Source: Haliotis cracherodii | Taxonomy: Eukaryota | Direction of reading: 5' to 3' | DNA length: 64,000 bases | NCBI RefSeq assembly: GCF_022045235.1 | Contig: NW_027266265.1 | Span: forward strand, 47,430,001 to 47,494,000 | Part shown: piece after piece, positions 22,651 through 36,551 of the stretch | Layout of the letters: every line of letters starts with the position of its first letter | Position numbering within the stretch: position 1 is the stretch's first letter | The notes under the pieces: generated by a model | The model's database searches: none | What the model saw: only the letters and a program-made list of their open reading frames with translations | Told to the model about the DNA's origin: nothing | Made by a program: the position numbers and the translations under genes

Positions 22651-24276
22651 ATTCATCATTGTCAACACAGCACTTCGATCACCCAGAAAACTCTTTTGTT
22701 GAGATTCATTCCCAGCATATTCGTTACCACATCTGAAGTTTGTCGAAGGAACATGCGCTTGTCCAAAGTTCTGTTCAACAATACACAACAATACACACAA
22801 TCCCATGGAACATTTGTGTACCAAAACTATCCAAACCTTTAAAGAAATGTGCAAACAACGAAATACAATTGAACAACAAACAACAAATGTCGTCAATTGC
22901 TGAGCTTTAATGACCCGCGATTTTATTACGCGAAAATCGCACCATAGACGAAGCATGTTTTAAGGGTTTGGAGTGCGGAGGCTCCAGCACACTGGCCACG
23001 CACATAACAGGAGTCTGAGGGACACAATGCTAAAAAAGGTTTTATCGTTTCAACGACTTGACTCCACAAATGATTAATTGCCAACCAAGAGTCAATTTAT
23101 TCCCGACACAGAGCTTCAAGTACTCGCTACTATTATCCAACTTCTGCAAAAGAATGGATAGAAGAAGAGCGAAGTTTCCCCGCGACGACATGCCACGAAG
23201 ACCGTCTTCGGCTTCGCTTTCCATTGATCCATATGTAAACAGCGATCCCGAGCCTATATTTGCACACGTTAATCTTTCAATAGGCTTTATATCCAATTTA
23301 AATTATCCACGGAATTGGGTACTAAATTGGCCGGAAATAATGTACAAAAATTTGAAGACATATCGCTTTGATTTGCATGTGAACTAGTACAGAAAGCGCC
23401 GGCCAGATGGTTGAAGATGGGGAATAAAGGATGGCGCGAGGACACAAGATCCCCCTGGATGACGTGGACAGGGGGATATAGCAGCCAAATGTTACACAGT
23501 TTTGCGACTTAGTGTGATAATCGTCCAGACTCGCCCAATCTTCATATCAGTTTTCAAAGTCCAAACTGTTTTCTTTTCGTGTGATTTGAGATCGGGTGGC
23601 GATACGTGACATGCGATCGACAGCTCTTGAACGTTTTAACTTTCAGTGGTGTGATGCCTTCATTGGAGTCGGGTTTTCCATACATGTATGTGTTTGAACT
23701 TGTAATAAAGTATTTGGTGTTCAATCATATCTGGGTGTAATACATACGTCAGATGAAGCCGTAATGAAAATGACATTAATACAAACTGCAAATTAGTTTG
23801 ACATATGTACGTTTCATGATTATTTTGGATGATTTCGAAATAAAAAAATACCATACCCCATGATATACTGTTGAAAACTTCGTTAAACCCAGCTCTTTCG
23901 CTGACCTCAAATGTTATACATCACGTAAGTATTGCATGGTGTTGAAATTCGCCTTGTACTGTGTGTTTTACTCCAAGCAGTGACAGGGAAATCAACTCGT
24001 TCAAAGTGCAAACATCTGGGTCATGCAAATATACGTATTAATAGATGTGAGTCAAGTATTACTTTCAAATTACTGGTTAGGTACTTTTTAGTTGCTAACA
24101 AATCATCCCAAAAGATTATTTCAGATCATTGTGTATCGTGAATACAATAGCGGCGTAAAAAAACATACTCACCCCCTCACACTATTGTTCGAAGACCTAT
24201 AGGAACGCTGGTCACATCCTCAAGATCACTTCTACAAAATTACCCATGACACCTATTCAAGATCATTGTTATAGTT

Positions 24277-24490
24277 ACCCGTGAAGATCCGGGTAGAAAA
24301 GGTCTTCAGCAACCCATGCTTGTCGTAAGAGGCGACTAACGGGATTGGGTGGTCAGGCTCGCTAACTTGGTTGATGCATGTCATCGTATCCCAATTGCAT
24401 GGATCGATGCTCATGGTGTCAATCAATAGATTGTCTGGCCCAGACTCGATTATTTACAGACCGCACTGATATAACAAACAAACGAAAGAA
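24277..24490 (+). mobile_element. Family B element (single-hairpin variant, tail partly deleted)
   Basis: acccgtgaagatccgggtagaaaaggtcttcagcaacccatgcttgtcgtaagaggcgactaacggg. Confidence 0.9.
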
Positions 24491-24818
24491 CGAACATTGT
24501 TTTAGTATAAATAGAACGTCAACGCCAGAGAATAACTGGTGTCAGTTATTCACTGAAACAGATTCTAGTGGGCGTTACTCACCAAACGATTAGGCGTCAC
24601 TTTTTATTTTCCTTTTCATAGAATCGATCGACAGGAGACAAAAACATAGTTAGAGAAATAGAAACATAAGTCAGAAAAGCATTTCAGACTAAATCGACGA
24701 ACTAAAACAAAGTAACAAATAAAGAAATATTGAATTCCACAAATTCTTTTAAATCTTTTTGCAATCCAATGTGTATTTGGTTAGGCAAATTCTTAAATCA
24801 TAGATGTGTGGCCTTAGA

Positions 24819-25063
24819 GTTTGTTTGTTTGTTGTTGAACGGCGCACTCATCATTGTTCCATCTATGACGGCGGTCTGTCAATAATCGAGTCTGGACCTG
24901 ACAATCAAGAGACAGATATCATGAGCATCAATCCACGCAATTGGGATACAGTGACATCAACAAAGTCAGCGAGCTGACCACCCGATCCCATTAGTCGCCT
25001 CTTACGACAAGCATAGTCGCATGGCTTACTGAAGACCTATTCTAACCAGGATCTTCACGGGTC
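24819..25063 (-). mobile_element. Family B element, full length
   Basis: TSD tgtgRccttaga at 24807-24818 and 25064-25075. Confidence 0.9.
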
Positions 25064-25160
25064 TGTGACCTTAGAATCACGTGCGTAATGTTTTTCTACA
25101 TCACTTACATCACCTTATGGTACCTAACCGACAGTGACGGCATGGACGTACAATACCATA

Positions 25161-25382
25161 GAGGTCTTCAGCAAGCCATGCTTGCCGTAAAAGGCGACTA
25201 ACGGGATCGGGTGGTCAGGCTCGCTAACTTGGTTGATGCATGTCATCGATCCCAATTTCGTGGATCGATGCTCATGATATCAATCACTGGATTGTCTGGC
25301 CCAGACTCGATTATTTACAGACCGCCGTCATATAGCTGGAGTATTGCAGAATGCGGCGTTAAACAAACCAACATCAACAACA
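25161..25382 (+). mobile_element. Family B element, slightly 5'-truncated
   Basis: TSD acaataccata at 25150-25160 and 25383-25393. Confidence 0.9.
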
Positions 25383-26821
25383 ACAATACCATAATTCAAA
25401 AGTAAAGGTAATCAATCGTATTACTATGCTTTCAGTGTGCGACCGATAAAATTTATATGTAAAACCTATACCTTTTTACATTTCTATCACAATCATATTT
25501 AATATTACGAATACATGATTGTATTGATAATTTAAAACCACAGTATGCTGACAATTTGGGAACGATGAAAGTAACAAACGATTTTCCTATGAACCGTCCA
25601 CCGTTCATTAACAACTGTTATCTTTTCAAAGACAGATTGATGATTGCAATTTGTATTTCTCGTAGACTCAGTGATACATAAGAGTGTATTGATGAGACAT
25701 AATATATTAGATACATTCACTTTACAAACACCTCGGGTGATGAAGTACGAACAAACGCTGTGGGGTCTTGCAACGTTTAATCACTGACGACGGCTTAAAA
25801 TTGGCTTCGTGTTTGTCATTATTTTTTATCTTGGTTAAATTCGGTTTTAAGTGTAAATAAAAATGACAAAACATTTTCATAATCATAAAAAAATCTCTGC
25901 TTAAACAGGGACTGTAGTACTGAGTCCCTTTTCCACTTAGTAGACATGGTGCCTAAGTTAAACAAATGCTCTAGTGCAGTCAAGTGTCTTCTGGACATTT
26001 ACGATGTTATCAACCTTATCCTCTCGTGTCATAACAGGCGAGATGTCGCCTCGGAATATGTATATGTAGATGTCGACTCTATATCGGGGAAAGGGTCATG
26101 AAAAAATCAATTTAACTACCTTTTACAAAACACTTGTCATTTTCATCGCGTATCATGTCAATGTCTCAACGACAGAATGATTCATAGCAGTCTTAGGGAT
26201 CTTCGTACCTGGCACCGCCATCTTGGTCACATGACACAACTCTCGTCTCCGACGGGATCAACGCGTGACGTAAGGTCGCTGACCTTTCGACTAACCTCAT
26301 AATCGTTGGATCATCATTTTACCAGTCGTTTGCATATCACGTGGAAAGTTTACAAATTTGCATGACATTTAAGCTACCCTTTCTGTTAAGATTACTTCAG
26401 GTGAAAGCACTTAAAATATAAGACATTTTACAAAGAAAGATTGATTTGCATAAATCAAGATTCACTTAAACTGGCGACTGCCTAACCGCGTATTTGACAC
26501 CACGTTCGCCCCCCGTGTTATGCAACCCCGATGTCAAGTTTCCTCTTCATAGCTCGAGAGCAGACGAGGGGCATGAAGTGCTTGCAAATAATGCAAATCT
26601 TGTCGGCAAGAGCTTTGTCAATTTTATATAGATCTCGTTATGGCAGATATATGTTTTTTTTCTCAACTAAGTGAACCACTTGCACGAGTTATCAGCGGGA
26701 ACGAACGCCAGACAGCTCCGTCATGTTTCGGCGTGTAATAATTGATGGTGGTTGTATTTCTTAAATGGTGATTGATAGTTGAACTAAAATGGTATAAGAG
26801 AACATAAATGACTAATTATAT

Positions 26822-27050
26822 CAGTGACCAGGCAAAAGATATACACCCATGTTTGAGGTTGGCTACAAATGGAGCAAACAAGAAATGGTTATTCGATTGT
26901 GATATATTTAATACTGCTATCATATATGTATTTTGGACCTGATACGTTTGCAGTATTTCGGCGACTGTGTTCAGCCTAGTGACGTTTTAATAAAGTTTGT
27001 AATGTTTTTTGTTAAGACCAATTTTCATGTGTATACTTACGTTTTCTTTT
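26822..27050 (-). mobile_element. Family F MITE
   Basis: Reverse-complement match (tttcggcgactg..cagcctagt, aagaaatggttattcga). Confidence 0.72.
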
Positions 27051-27157
27051 TTAATCACTTTGCTATCCAGTCTCCCCTATTGTCACGTTTAAAAGACGGT
27101 GTGTCTAGTACTAGGTATTTCATTTTATATCCATGTCCTGCAGTAAAACAGTATATA

Positions 27158-27278
27158 AACTCCTGGGCAAAAGAAAGTATACACCAGAAAAATGGATTTG
27201 ACCCAAAATTTACAAACGTTATAAAAACGTTATTGGGGTAAAACAATGCAAAGAAGCGTTTTGTTTGCCAGGCAGTGT
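27158..27278 (+). mobile_element. Family F MITE, internally deleted
   Basis: ctcctgggcaaaagaaagtatac ... ttgtttgccaggcagtg. Confidence 0.65.
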
Positions 27279-28664
27279 GCATTGTACATGCATACACACA
27301 CCACATAAAGCCTTAACAAGAACAAAAATACGAAAACTTAACACAGACACGCACACAGTAAAAGAAAGAAACAGACAAACATAAACACAGAAGAAGAAAG
27401 AAACATAAACAAGAACAAAATTAGGAAAACATGAACCCACACACGCACACAAAAACTTGCACAAGACTCTTATAATTAATTATACGTTTACGTAATAATT
27501 TCTAGATTATGTAAATAATAAGAACAAGTTGTCCCTAAAGGAGACTGGAGTCCTTAGAGGTACTGTCCACATATCTAGACTTGCCCATTAGGAGGATAGA
27601 ATCACTACATATCCATGGACTTTTCTTTCTGTACAGCCTTGGAGCAAGGCTAACGCACACAGTAAAAGGAAGAAACAGACAAATATATACAGAGAGGAAG
27701 AAGAAGAAGAAGAAGAAGAAACACTATCCCATCTCTGAAATAAGTCAACAAAGAACAATAAAAAAAGACACACAATCAGACACTACGATATCAAAATCAG
27801 AAAATGTCTCACTCAACCGGTTATTTACAATGAGTACCGTGACCCTCACAATCAGGTATGTCCCTCGTGGAAGCCAACATTTGTTTCTGATGTGTCTAAT
27901 GGTCGTCGTTGCGGGTAGCGTCTGACAATGTTTCCCCACCCCCGGGGGAACTGGCGTCTAGGCTGGGGACCGGTCATGTTTGGGCCATCAGATAAAGAAT
28001 GAATTGTGGTTTTCAAAGACAAAAAAGTTTGGAATTGTTTACAATGACAGCTAAAATGTTTGTGTGAAAAGGTTAATGATAAAAGTAAAGTTTCATAGGC
28101 GATCTTCCAGGGTTACTGGAACTGCCAAACTCCATATGTCTTACATCTTTCATCTCGTTATTCTTTTTGAAAATAACCCAATTCTTTCAACACTAATAAC
28201 AACGAACGTTTTGAGTCCAAATTGTACAGTAAAGTTTTAAACGGACAATGCTAATTGCAAATAATCGGGACCCGTTCAATCACTCCTTTAATAAGTGTTC
28301 TTTAAAAGGAACGTTTAAGTTGATCAATTTTAATGATCCAAAAAGGACCCGCATCTACCTGATTTTTCGATAACTGAAAACTCAGACACAGTCGTTCACT
28401 TGAAGAGGACGATCTGTCGGGCTGACGGACACATGAATTCATTTATACACAATGGCTGCGTCTCTATATGTTTGTTTTTCTGACGCTGATTTCATCCGGC
28501 TAGCTAAACTTGTCTATTTTTATTTTATGTAGCTTGGTTATAATTATATCAAATGCAGATATTTATGTACATACATCAGTTAAGAGTTTCGCATAGTTTC
28601 TTCTCGAATACGTCCGAAAAAGCCATGAAACAAGAAACTCCACTTTCAGCTGCGTGTGAGTGAA

Positions 28665-29045
28665 GTGGATGTCAAAATAGCACCATTTTACAAGGATTGA
28701 TGTCAACACAGCACAACTTTACAAGGATGAATATCAATATAACGCAATTACACTGAGGGGAGTGTCAATATAGCACACTTTTAAAGAGAAGGAAGTCAAT
28801 ACAGCACCGTTTGACAAGGATGGATGTAATAAAAGCACAATTTTACAAAGAGGAATTTATATACATGTATAGCACAAATGTACAAGGGTAAATGTCAACA
28901 TGACACAACTGGATGTTACTACACTGCGATTATACAAGGATGGATATCAAGATGACGCAATTTTACAAAGAGGGTTGTAAATATTGCACACCTTTACAAG
29001 GACGAATGTAAAGATAGTACAATTGAAAAAGTTGATGTAAATAAA
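28665..29045. repeat. Old degenerate ~31-bp tandem repeat (~11 copies)
   Basis: gatgtcaaYaYagcacaattttacaagga variants. Confidence 0.75.
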
Positions 29046-29365
29046 ACGGATCTCAGTACGTCATTTTCACAAAATAAAGATGATTTTAGAAAGTGAGTGA
29101 ATGCTTTTATATTGACTTACGCCGCATACGAAATTGTTTAATAATCAGATTGAGTGTATATTTTAAAAATATGTCTATATTTCATCCATAAATTCTTTTC
29201 CTTACTTAGTACCCCAACTTCTAAATGCCTATCAAAGAAATGTATATTTTATGTTGCAAAAGGAGTTGATGGTCCTGGTCCTAGCTTCCATCAGGTTTCC
29301 ACATCAGAATGTTCAATACAGTACGTGGCATAGTGAATCTTAATCTCAGTATTGGAACATTTTTA

Positions 29366-29595
29366 CACTGTCGGGCAAAAGAAATTATATACTCGAAAAT
29401 TGGATTTCAAGAAAAACGTGTAACGTTACCAAAACTTTACTAGGCTGTAAACAGCCACCGAAACACTTCAAACGTAAGTCCGAAACTCAACTACCATACC
29501 GTATCAAATACATCACCATCAAATAACCTATTCTTGTTGGTTTGAAGTATAGCCACCACCAAACATGGATGTATCTTGCTTTGTTTAGTTACACT
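29366..29595 (+). mobile_element. Family F MITE
   Basis: cactgtcgggcaaaagaa..tactaggctg..ccgtatcaaatac..caaacatgg. Confidence 0.75.
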
Positions 29596-31282
29596 GAATA
29601 TAGAGTCCTTGTACAACCTTCACGGTTTTCATAACAAGGTTACCATTTTGGATTACTTGTTTATGTAAAACAATTATCAAAGTCTTTTGCATTTTTGTCA
29701 GCGTTCTGACACCACATGCCATCTCCATATGCCAGACATTTGTCACTGGGTGAGTTGCTGCTACACTACAAGGGAATACGTCACTGGTTTCTACAGTTGT
29801 GCCTGCTACTGTACCAGTGACGATGTCAACGTGTTGGATTTTCACAAGTGGGAAACGACAGGTTGAACCACCACATTTACACATTTATAAGAAATCTTTC
29901 TAGGTGTCACAAGTGTCAAAAGCTTCATTCCAACCCATTTCAGGCGTTCTTATTAAAAAAAATCAATTTCATCGTCATGCAGAACACACTTACTGCTGAC
30001 AAAAACACAACCACACATAGCTCATTACAGAAGCATGTTAATTTCTGACAGCTGGTCATGACTTGGCATTTCTGGTCACGTGAAGCTGTCAATCAGCCGC
30101 CATGTTGCAGGGCCGGGCCACACTTCCGATGGCGGATAACGTCTTACTCATGGGGCCAGTCTAACAGAAAGAGAGATGCTATCTGGTAATCCGTAAATCC
30201 CTTCTGATTTTATCTAGAAAGCAAATCATTGCCCCTTGTAAACACGTCCAGCTCTTCCTCCAGGCAGCTGTTCCTCCGCATGTGTCAATGGCTTGCTTAT
30301 CACAACATGGTAATTACGTTTTTTGAATGGGAAAATCTGATTATCGCGAAGTGGTCAAGATGGATGCTGTTTGGTGTACGGCGCCAGTTAATTCGTGGGT
30401 GAAATTGAATTTTTGAATTTGTCAAGGCTAAATTACCTCATTTGACTGAAATTAAGTTTTCAAAGTGACCGCCTTTCATCCAGACGTTTGTTTATGTTTG
30501 TTGGTTTTGAACAGGAAGGAGAATGCCAATCCCCGGTGAATCATGAATACCATCTAATGTATCACTCTGAGTCCAACTGCTCACGACTAAGTCCCAATGC
30601 ACTCTACTGATTCCAGACAACTACTTAACACCAATCTAAAAAGCATTGAGAAAAAGGGTGCGATTTGAAGTTAAAGTACTTTAAAAAAAATTTAAAAAAT
30701 ACCGTATGAAGGAATATTTTCCTTCACCATTATTTTTTGAATGTGGAATCTGCGTACCAAATATATTTGTGTCCCGGGTACCCCCTAAACTGAACCCGAA
30801 TCCTGCGGACCAAAAGGTGGTTGGCAACCTCAGGAAGCGCATGGTCGTGCTGCAAAGTTTAGAAATGTTAACAGTTTACCATCTTTTACCTACATGCCTT
30901 TATACTGAGGAGGAAAAGAAACTATACCTCTCAGTTGATTTTATCATTCGTTTGGTTTCATTGTAAAATATCTTATGTTTGCGAGATTTAATCCAAAATA
31001 TAAACTGTACTGGCGCATAGTCAGCACTCAATACTTCAACATTCACGGTTTTATTTCTAATTTGTTTATTTGATTTAAAACTTTAAAAAAATTGAATTTT
31101 TTTCGCATCATACACATAGACACCTTTTCTTTGAAAATCAATAAATTTGCTTTTATCGGCACAAATTTATATTTCAAACATGGAAGGGGCCACAGATAAC
31201 TTGTTACAAACTGTTGCAGGAATGAGTGATGGTCTGATAGACATAATGAAACTTAACTACAGTTCTTTCAATTTTCAGTTAC

Positions 31283-31513
31283 ATGAGTCGAGGTCAGGTG
31301 AAATGGAGTTTAATGTCGCGTTCAAGATTTATTGCGCACTTGCAGCACATGCATGCCGACTAGTCCTTGATTTAGTTCCTTGATGTCGAGCGCCAGCCAG
31401 GGTAACAACAAGTACCATCGTTTAACGTCTTTGGTATAACTGCACCCCAGGATCGAACACCCGACATTCTGCTCTCCGGGCGGACGCTCTGCCACTAGAC
31501 CACGGAAGCGGTC
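31283..31513 (-). mobile_element. Family C SINE, internally deleted
   Basis: Head, Meta-like domain and tail retained. Confidence 0.82.
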
Positions 31514-31790
31514 CTCAGTTTATAAAACGTCAACGCCAGAGAACAATAAATCTGGATTACCTTCTGAAATATATTCCATTATGGCGTGAGAGGCAATATA
31601 GCGGTGAAAATAATGTGAATGGATCAATGAAAATCAGTGATGACACCAGGTGTTCGCGAAAAAGTCATATCATTACTGATGGATCAGCCCGGTAGCAGGG
31701 TTGACAACGGGTGTCGCAGACTGAGTGGGTGTGTTCAGCTGTCGTACCTACAGCAATAACGAATGCATTCTGTGGGGTGTCCAAAAACAG

Positions 31791-32130
31791 GTGAGGTAAA
31801 ATGGGGTTTAATGTCGCGTCCAAGATTATATAGAAACGTACACGTAGGTGTGTGTTTGTGTGGCTGCTTGTACTAGTCCGGACTGATGCCGATTTATAGA
31901 ACTAGCTCACTGAGATACCATGCCGCAGTTTAGCATAAATACCCCACTCAGACACAGTATACTGTCTCCGAGGTGACCAGTCCTTGTTTAAGCCCCTTTA
32001 TGCCGAGCGCCAGACAGGATAACAACAAGTACCATATTTTAACGTCTTTTGGTATGACGCGGCCGGGGATCGAACCCCGGACCATCCGCTCTCCGGGCGG
32101 ACGTTCTACCACTAGACCACGGATGCGGTC
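31791..32130 (-). mobile_element. Family C (MetaSINE-type) full length
   Basis: Perfect TSD tccaaaaacag at 31780-31790 and 32131-32141. Confidence 0.9.
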
Positions 32131-32355
32131 TCCAAAAACAGATGCATAAATTCAGTCACATAGTTGTAATTCATTCTGAATAATTTGAGTGTCGATACAG
32201 TTCATATTGTTCCGTTGACGTGTTTTTTCAACAAATGTGGTCGCTGTAGATATCCAACAACAATATAATTTCAAGTTTCAGTCAAAGTCTTTGGTGTTGT
32301 AGCGCATGCTGAAGAGACATAAACGCCACTATTACAGGCCCATCCATATCCGTAG

Positions 32356-32624
32356 GACCTGTGAATATCTGGGATAGAATAGGGCTTCAGGAACCCATGC
32401 TTGTCGTAAGAGGCGACTAACGGGATCGGGTGGTCAGGCCCGCTGACTTGGTTGATGCATGTCCCCGTATCTCAGTTTCGTAGATCGATGCTCATGATAT
32501 CAATCACTTGATTGCCTGGTGAAAACTAGATTATTTATAGACCGCCGATATTATAGCTGGAATATTGCTGAGTGCGACGTTAAACAAACAAACAAACAAA
32601 CAAACAAACAAACAAACAAACAAA
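32356..32624 (+). mobile_element. Family B element, full length with (AAAC)n tail
   Basis: Starts gacctgtgaatat; consensus body. Confidence 0.9.
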
Positions 32625-33882
32625 CCACTGGGACGCAGAAAACATTTTCTAACTCCGGTCCCCGCGGAGAGCATCCAATTTAGCCATGAGAACAAAAGTT
32701 AAACATCTCGTAACTCCCTGGTCACCGGTTAGGAATAGACCATCATGACTAAATGATAAAACCTAGAATATAGAAGTCGTTAATTTTGAATGAAAACCCA
32801 AACCAACCAAAAAATAAGTCCATACTTTTTAAAATCCCCTTTTACGACTTTAGCACATGCGTAATGCCCTTGTTTTCCAGCACTCGCCGACCCCAACAAT
32901 AATCATGCAAATCCAAATGGACCACTGGTAGTATACATTACATCTTGTAGTAGCAAATCCTTTATGTAAGCATGCACTGACAAAGAATACAACCGCCATA
33001 CATAATACACCATCGTAATGAATGGATTCCAAGTGGACGATAGTATCAGGGCGAAGTCGTGTAGAGATGCATATTAACAAAGACAAGTGTAATCCCTCTG
33101 CGTTCTTTTCATCGTCTAGGTGGTGGTAATCTGTTGATTGGCGCGGGGGGTACGATTACATCAACCCGACCCCTGCAAGAAACGCTGTCTTCATTGGGAG
33201 ACTTATGCTTGAAGAACCTTCTTTGCGCAATGGCTTTTTCATACGTAATAACCTCTCCCAGGGCTTCGACAAAAAAGAGAACGCAATGCGCATCTGCTTA
33301 GGGGTTTAATTCCTCAGTATATGGTTGTGTACACGAGAAAGCTCTCAGAGAGGTTATTAGTATTGGAGACGGACCAAAAAAACAATCTGATCCTTGGAGA
33401 TAATGTGCTCGGTAGTGTTAGACGTGTATGAATCACAAGATATTTTATTCAGGGAATTTATAAGGGGATAAGGGTGTTACGACCCTTCTAGAGTGTTGTT
33501 GATATCTCTGACATGCATTTCACCACCTGTCACCTGATATGATATTGACAAGATATGAATCACGGAAAGGCTGAGATATGTGTACGTGTCACCTGGTACA
33601 GATGTGTAAATTTACATGTATAAGAACGGGCGTGATTTGAAATAAACAGCCTGAAGTGTGGTTTAAATGGTCATTATGTGCTCCTGGTGTGTTCTACTGT
33701 TTACAGCGGAACCTGGTTAATCCGGACCGTTAAATTAGGGTGTTCATCAGATTCACAAATTGATATTGAACTATTACAGAAATCACGCCTTCACTGTGAG
33801 CACACAACGAATGACCTATCAAATCTTTGGAACTAGGTTTCGCAAAGGGGTTATTATCAAAATGTATTTTTTTCTCGTATAT

Positions 33883-34038
33883 AGTGAGTATGGTTTAATG
33901 TCCGTTTTTGCAATATTCCAGTAATATCAAGGCCGGGGACACCAGGAATGGGCTTCACACATTGTACCCATATGGGGAATCGAACCCGGGCCTTTGGCGT
34001 GCCGAACGGCCACTTTAACTAAGGCTACCTAATTGCCT
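33883..34038 (-). mobile_element. SINE family A
   Basis: Diverged full-length match to consensus. Confidence 0.85.
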
Positions 34039-35189
34039 GTCTCAAATATAGAATTCCAGTAACACAAATCAGGTTTCACCTTATGGACAAATTTAGCTTG
34101 AGGACCTGGTCATGTTTGTTTGAACCTTAATATTCAGATTAAGTATTAAACGTCAGCGCAAGAGAATTATCAGTCTGTATTATCTACCATGACAGACGTA
34201 AAAGGTACATTACGGATGCAAATTATATGAATGAATCACCAAAAGTAAGTGATGACACCAGGTGTTCGCGAAAAAGGCAAGCACCCGCCACTCACAAAAT
34301 TTGCATAAACCTTTTAAATCGGTTTTCGATTAAACAAATCACGATTTACAAAGTATTCACAGATGTATGTTGAACAAAACATTCATCCAAATTCCACTCT
34401 TACCCCCTTTTCAACTCTAGGGTATGTCCCGATCTCCAAAATAACAGTTGAGAAATTCAGAGACTTGGGGTACATTTTAATACTCCTGGGTTTCCTTGTA
34501 GAATACCTTATGACTTGGCTTATACATAACCTTATTTCGGGGACTACCGTATATTCTTGAGTACAGTGCGCACCCATGTATAATGCGCACCCCCCTCTAG
34601 CGGATTCAATATTTGGGAAAAATATAATCGAAACTTGGTCAGTACAAATTCGAAATTTGAGATAAAAAATCACCAGACATGTTGATTTACAGTTGAAATT
34701 GTATTTTTTGTTCTGCTAGGCATTATTTTAAATCCAGGGATTAAGATTACCATGTATATTTTCTCGTAAACTAAGCCGGACACAGCAATCAGCTGTACAC
34801 ACGTTGCCTTGGAATCTACCGGTGATTCGGTATATGGCAGTCTACAATGTCTACAATGTCCAGCAGGTGAAGGGTTCGGTCACTGGAATAATGCTGAGTG
34901 CGGCGTTAAACAACAAACAAACAAAACAATGAGTGATGATAACTAGTGTTCGCGAAAAGGTGAGCATATCCTGGGCGAACGGTGAAGCCTATCAGACACA
35001 AACACATGCAAAAGCAAGTTAATTGTTCGCCTGACAAAATGCACGGGAACATATGCTACAAGGCTGATGCGAAATATTTGGTAATGTCCTCCACCATTAA
35101 ATCACGCCAGCCTCATAATAAAGTATGATACATGGTGGGGATGCTACAATGGACAGCTATGGCATTGTCAAATATCACAAACATAACTA

Positions 35190-35363
35190 CAGTAAACTAC
35201 ATTTATAACAAACACGCTTATAACGAACTGACGGATATAACGAACTTACTTTTTTGTCCCGACAATTTGCTGTAATTATGCTGTATATATGTTTTTAACG
35301 AACTACGGTTAAAACGAACTAAAATGATGGTCCCGTTGAGTTCGTTATAACCGTAGTTTACTG
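35190..35363. mobile_element. Tigger/pogo-type MITE
   Basis: TIRs cagtaaactac..ttataac / gttataaccgtagtttactg, TA on both sides, internal ataacgaac repeats. Confidence 0.85.
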
Positions 35364-35560
35364 TATCATAAACAGTTACCTGAGAAAGAAAAAAATCACG
35401 GCGTACTGCTCAAAATATTTAAAAAATGTGTTAATTCATAACGACCATTTGGCCTTAATGATTTATTCATGCAACCATGCTTAGAAGAATGTCCCGTCTT
35501 TCAGAACCAGCATCTCACACACACGCGCGCGTGTTACATTTATTATTCCTATTCAATAAG

Positions 35561-36030
35561 GGTTACGATTGGCCAAGTCACATAAGGCGTTGCTGTGCAG
35601 AGTTGTGTCCCTTAGGCGTGACCATCGGTTCGAATCCCTTTTCGACGTTTTTTGTTTGTTGTTTAACGCCGCACTCAGCAATATTACAGCTATATGACGG
35701 TGGTCTGTAAATAATCGAGTATGGTGATTGACGTCATGAGCATCGATCCACGCAATTGGGATACGATGACATGCATCAACCAAGTCAGCGAGCCTAACCA
35801 CCCGATCCCGTCAGTCGCCTTTTACGACAAGCATAGTCGCCTTTTACGGCAATCATGCCCTTTCGACGATTATTTTTCTTCGTTTGTCAGCTACATACCC
35901 TTGGTCGTTGGTTTCACCACTGAAGACCTGCATCATTTCGGGCTTTCCTCCAACGTGAAGCTGACACGCCGCGATATAACTGAAATACTGTTCAAAGCGA
36001 CGTTAAATCCGACTCACTCACTCACCCACT
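35561..36030 (+). mobile_element. Family D SINE split by a family-B insertion
   Basis: Head 35561-35640; body and tail 35869-36030 match the 19382 copy. Confidence 0.82.
35650..35857 (-). mobile_element. Family B element nested in a family-D SINE
   Basis: Flanking cccttt(t)cgacg TSD at ~35636-35647 and 35858-35868. Confidence 0.87.
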
Positions 36031-36505
36031 TATAAACAATAACTATGTGCAGAGCAACTGCACAGTCCACTGTACAACTAACTGTGGAGGATTGATAATA
36101 CAGAGAATATAACAATCGCTAAAGGGGACGTACGCTACTGATATATGTCAACGTATGTCACTCGACTCGAAACTTAAGAACGACAAATAAACATATACTT
36201 TTACATGTTCTCTTCATATTTGATCGTAGACCTCCGCTTGGTCTTTGATAATATATAATGTTGATAGAGACAAGCCATTCCATTTAAATTGAAAAGGAGC
36301 CCCAGGGAGACGGGAGATTAACCTGTGGAAAATCTAGACTTGCTTCATTTAGAGTTTTAGTTTTACAGCGAGGGCTTGGCGTCAAGGAAAATAATAAGGT
36401 TTGAGGCCTGTAAGACAGATTATGTTTCACCGCAAAAGTGCCGATTAGCTCGCATGTTATTAGAATGCAAAAGAAAAACAACTTTTGGACGAAAATATAT
36501 TATTC

Positions 36506-36551
<46 letters not shown>

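Noticed and set aside
21733-22956. 407-aa and 367-aa repetitive ORFs
   Set aside because: Products of the 24-bp tandem array, open on both strands.
31634-31662. Hammerhead-like gtgatga...cgaaa in family E
   Set aside because: Core is not CUGAUGA and stem II does not close before GAAA.
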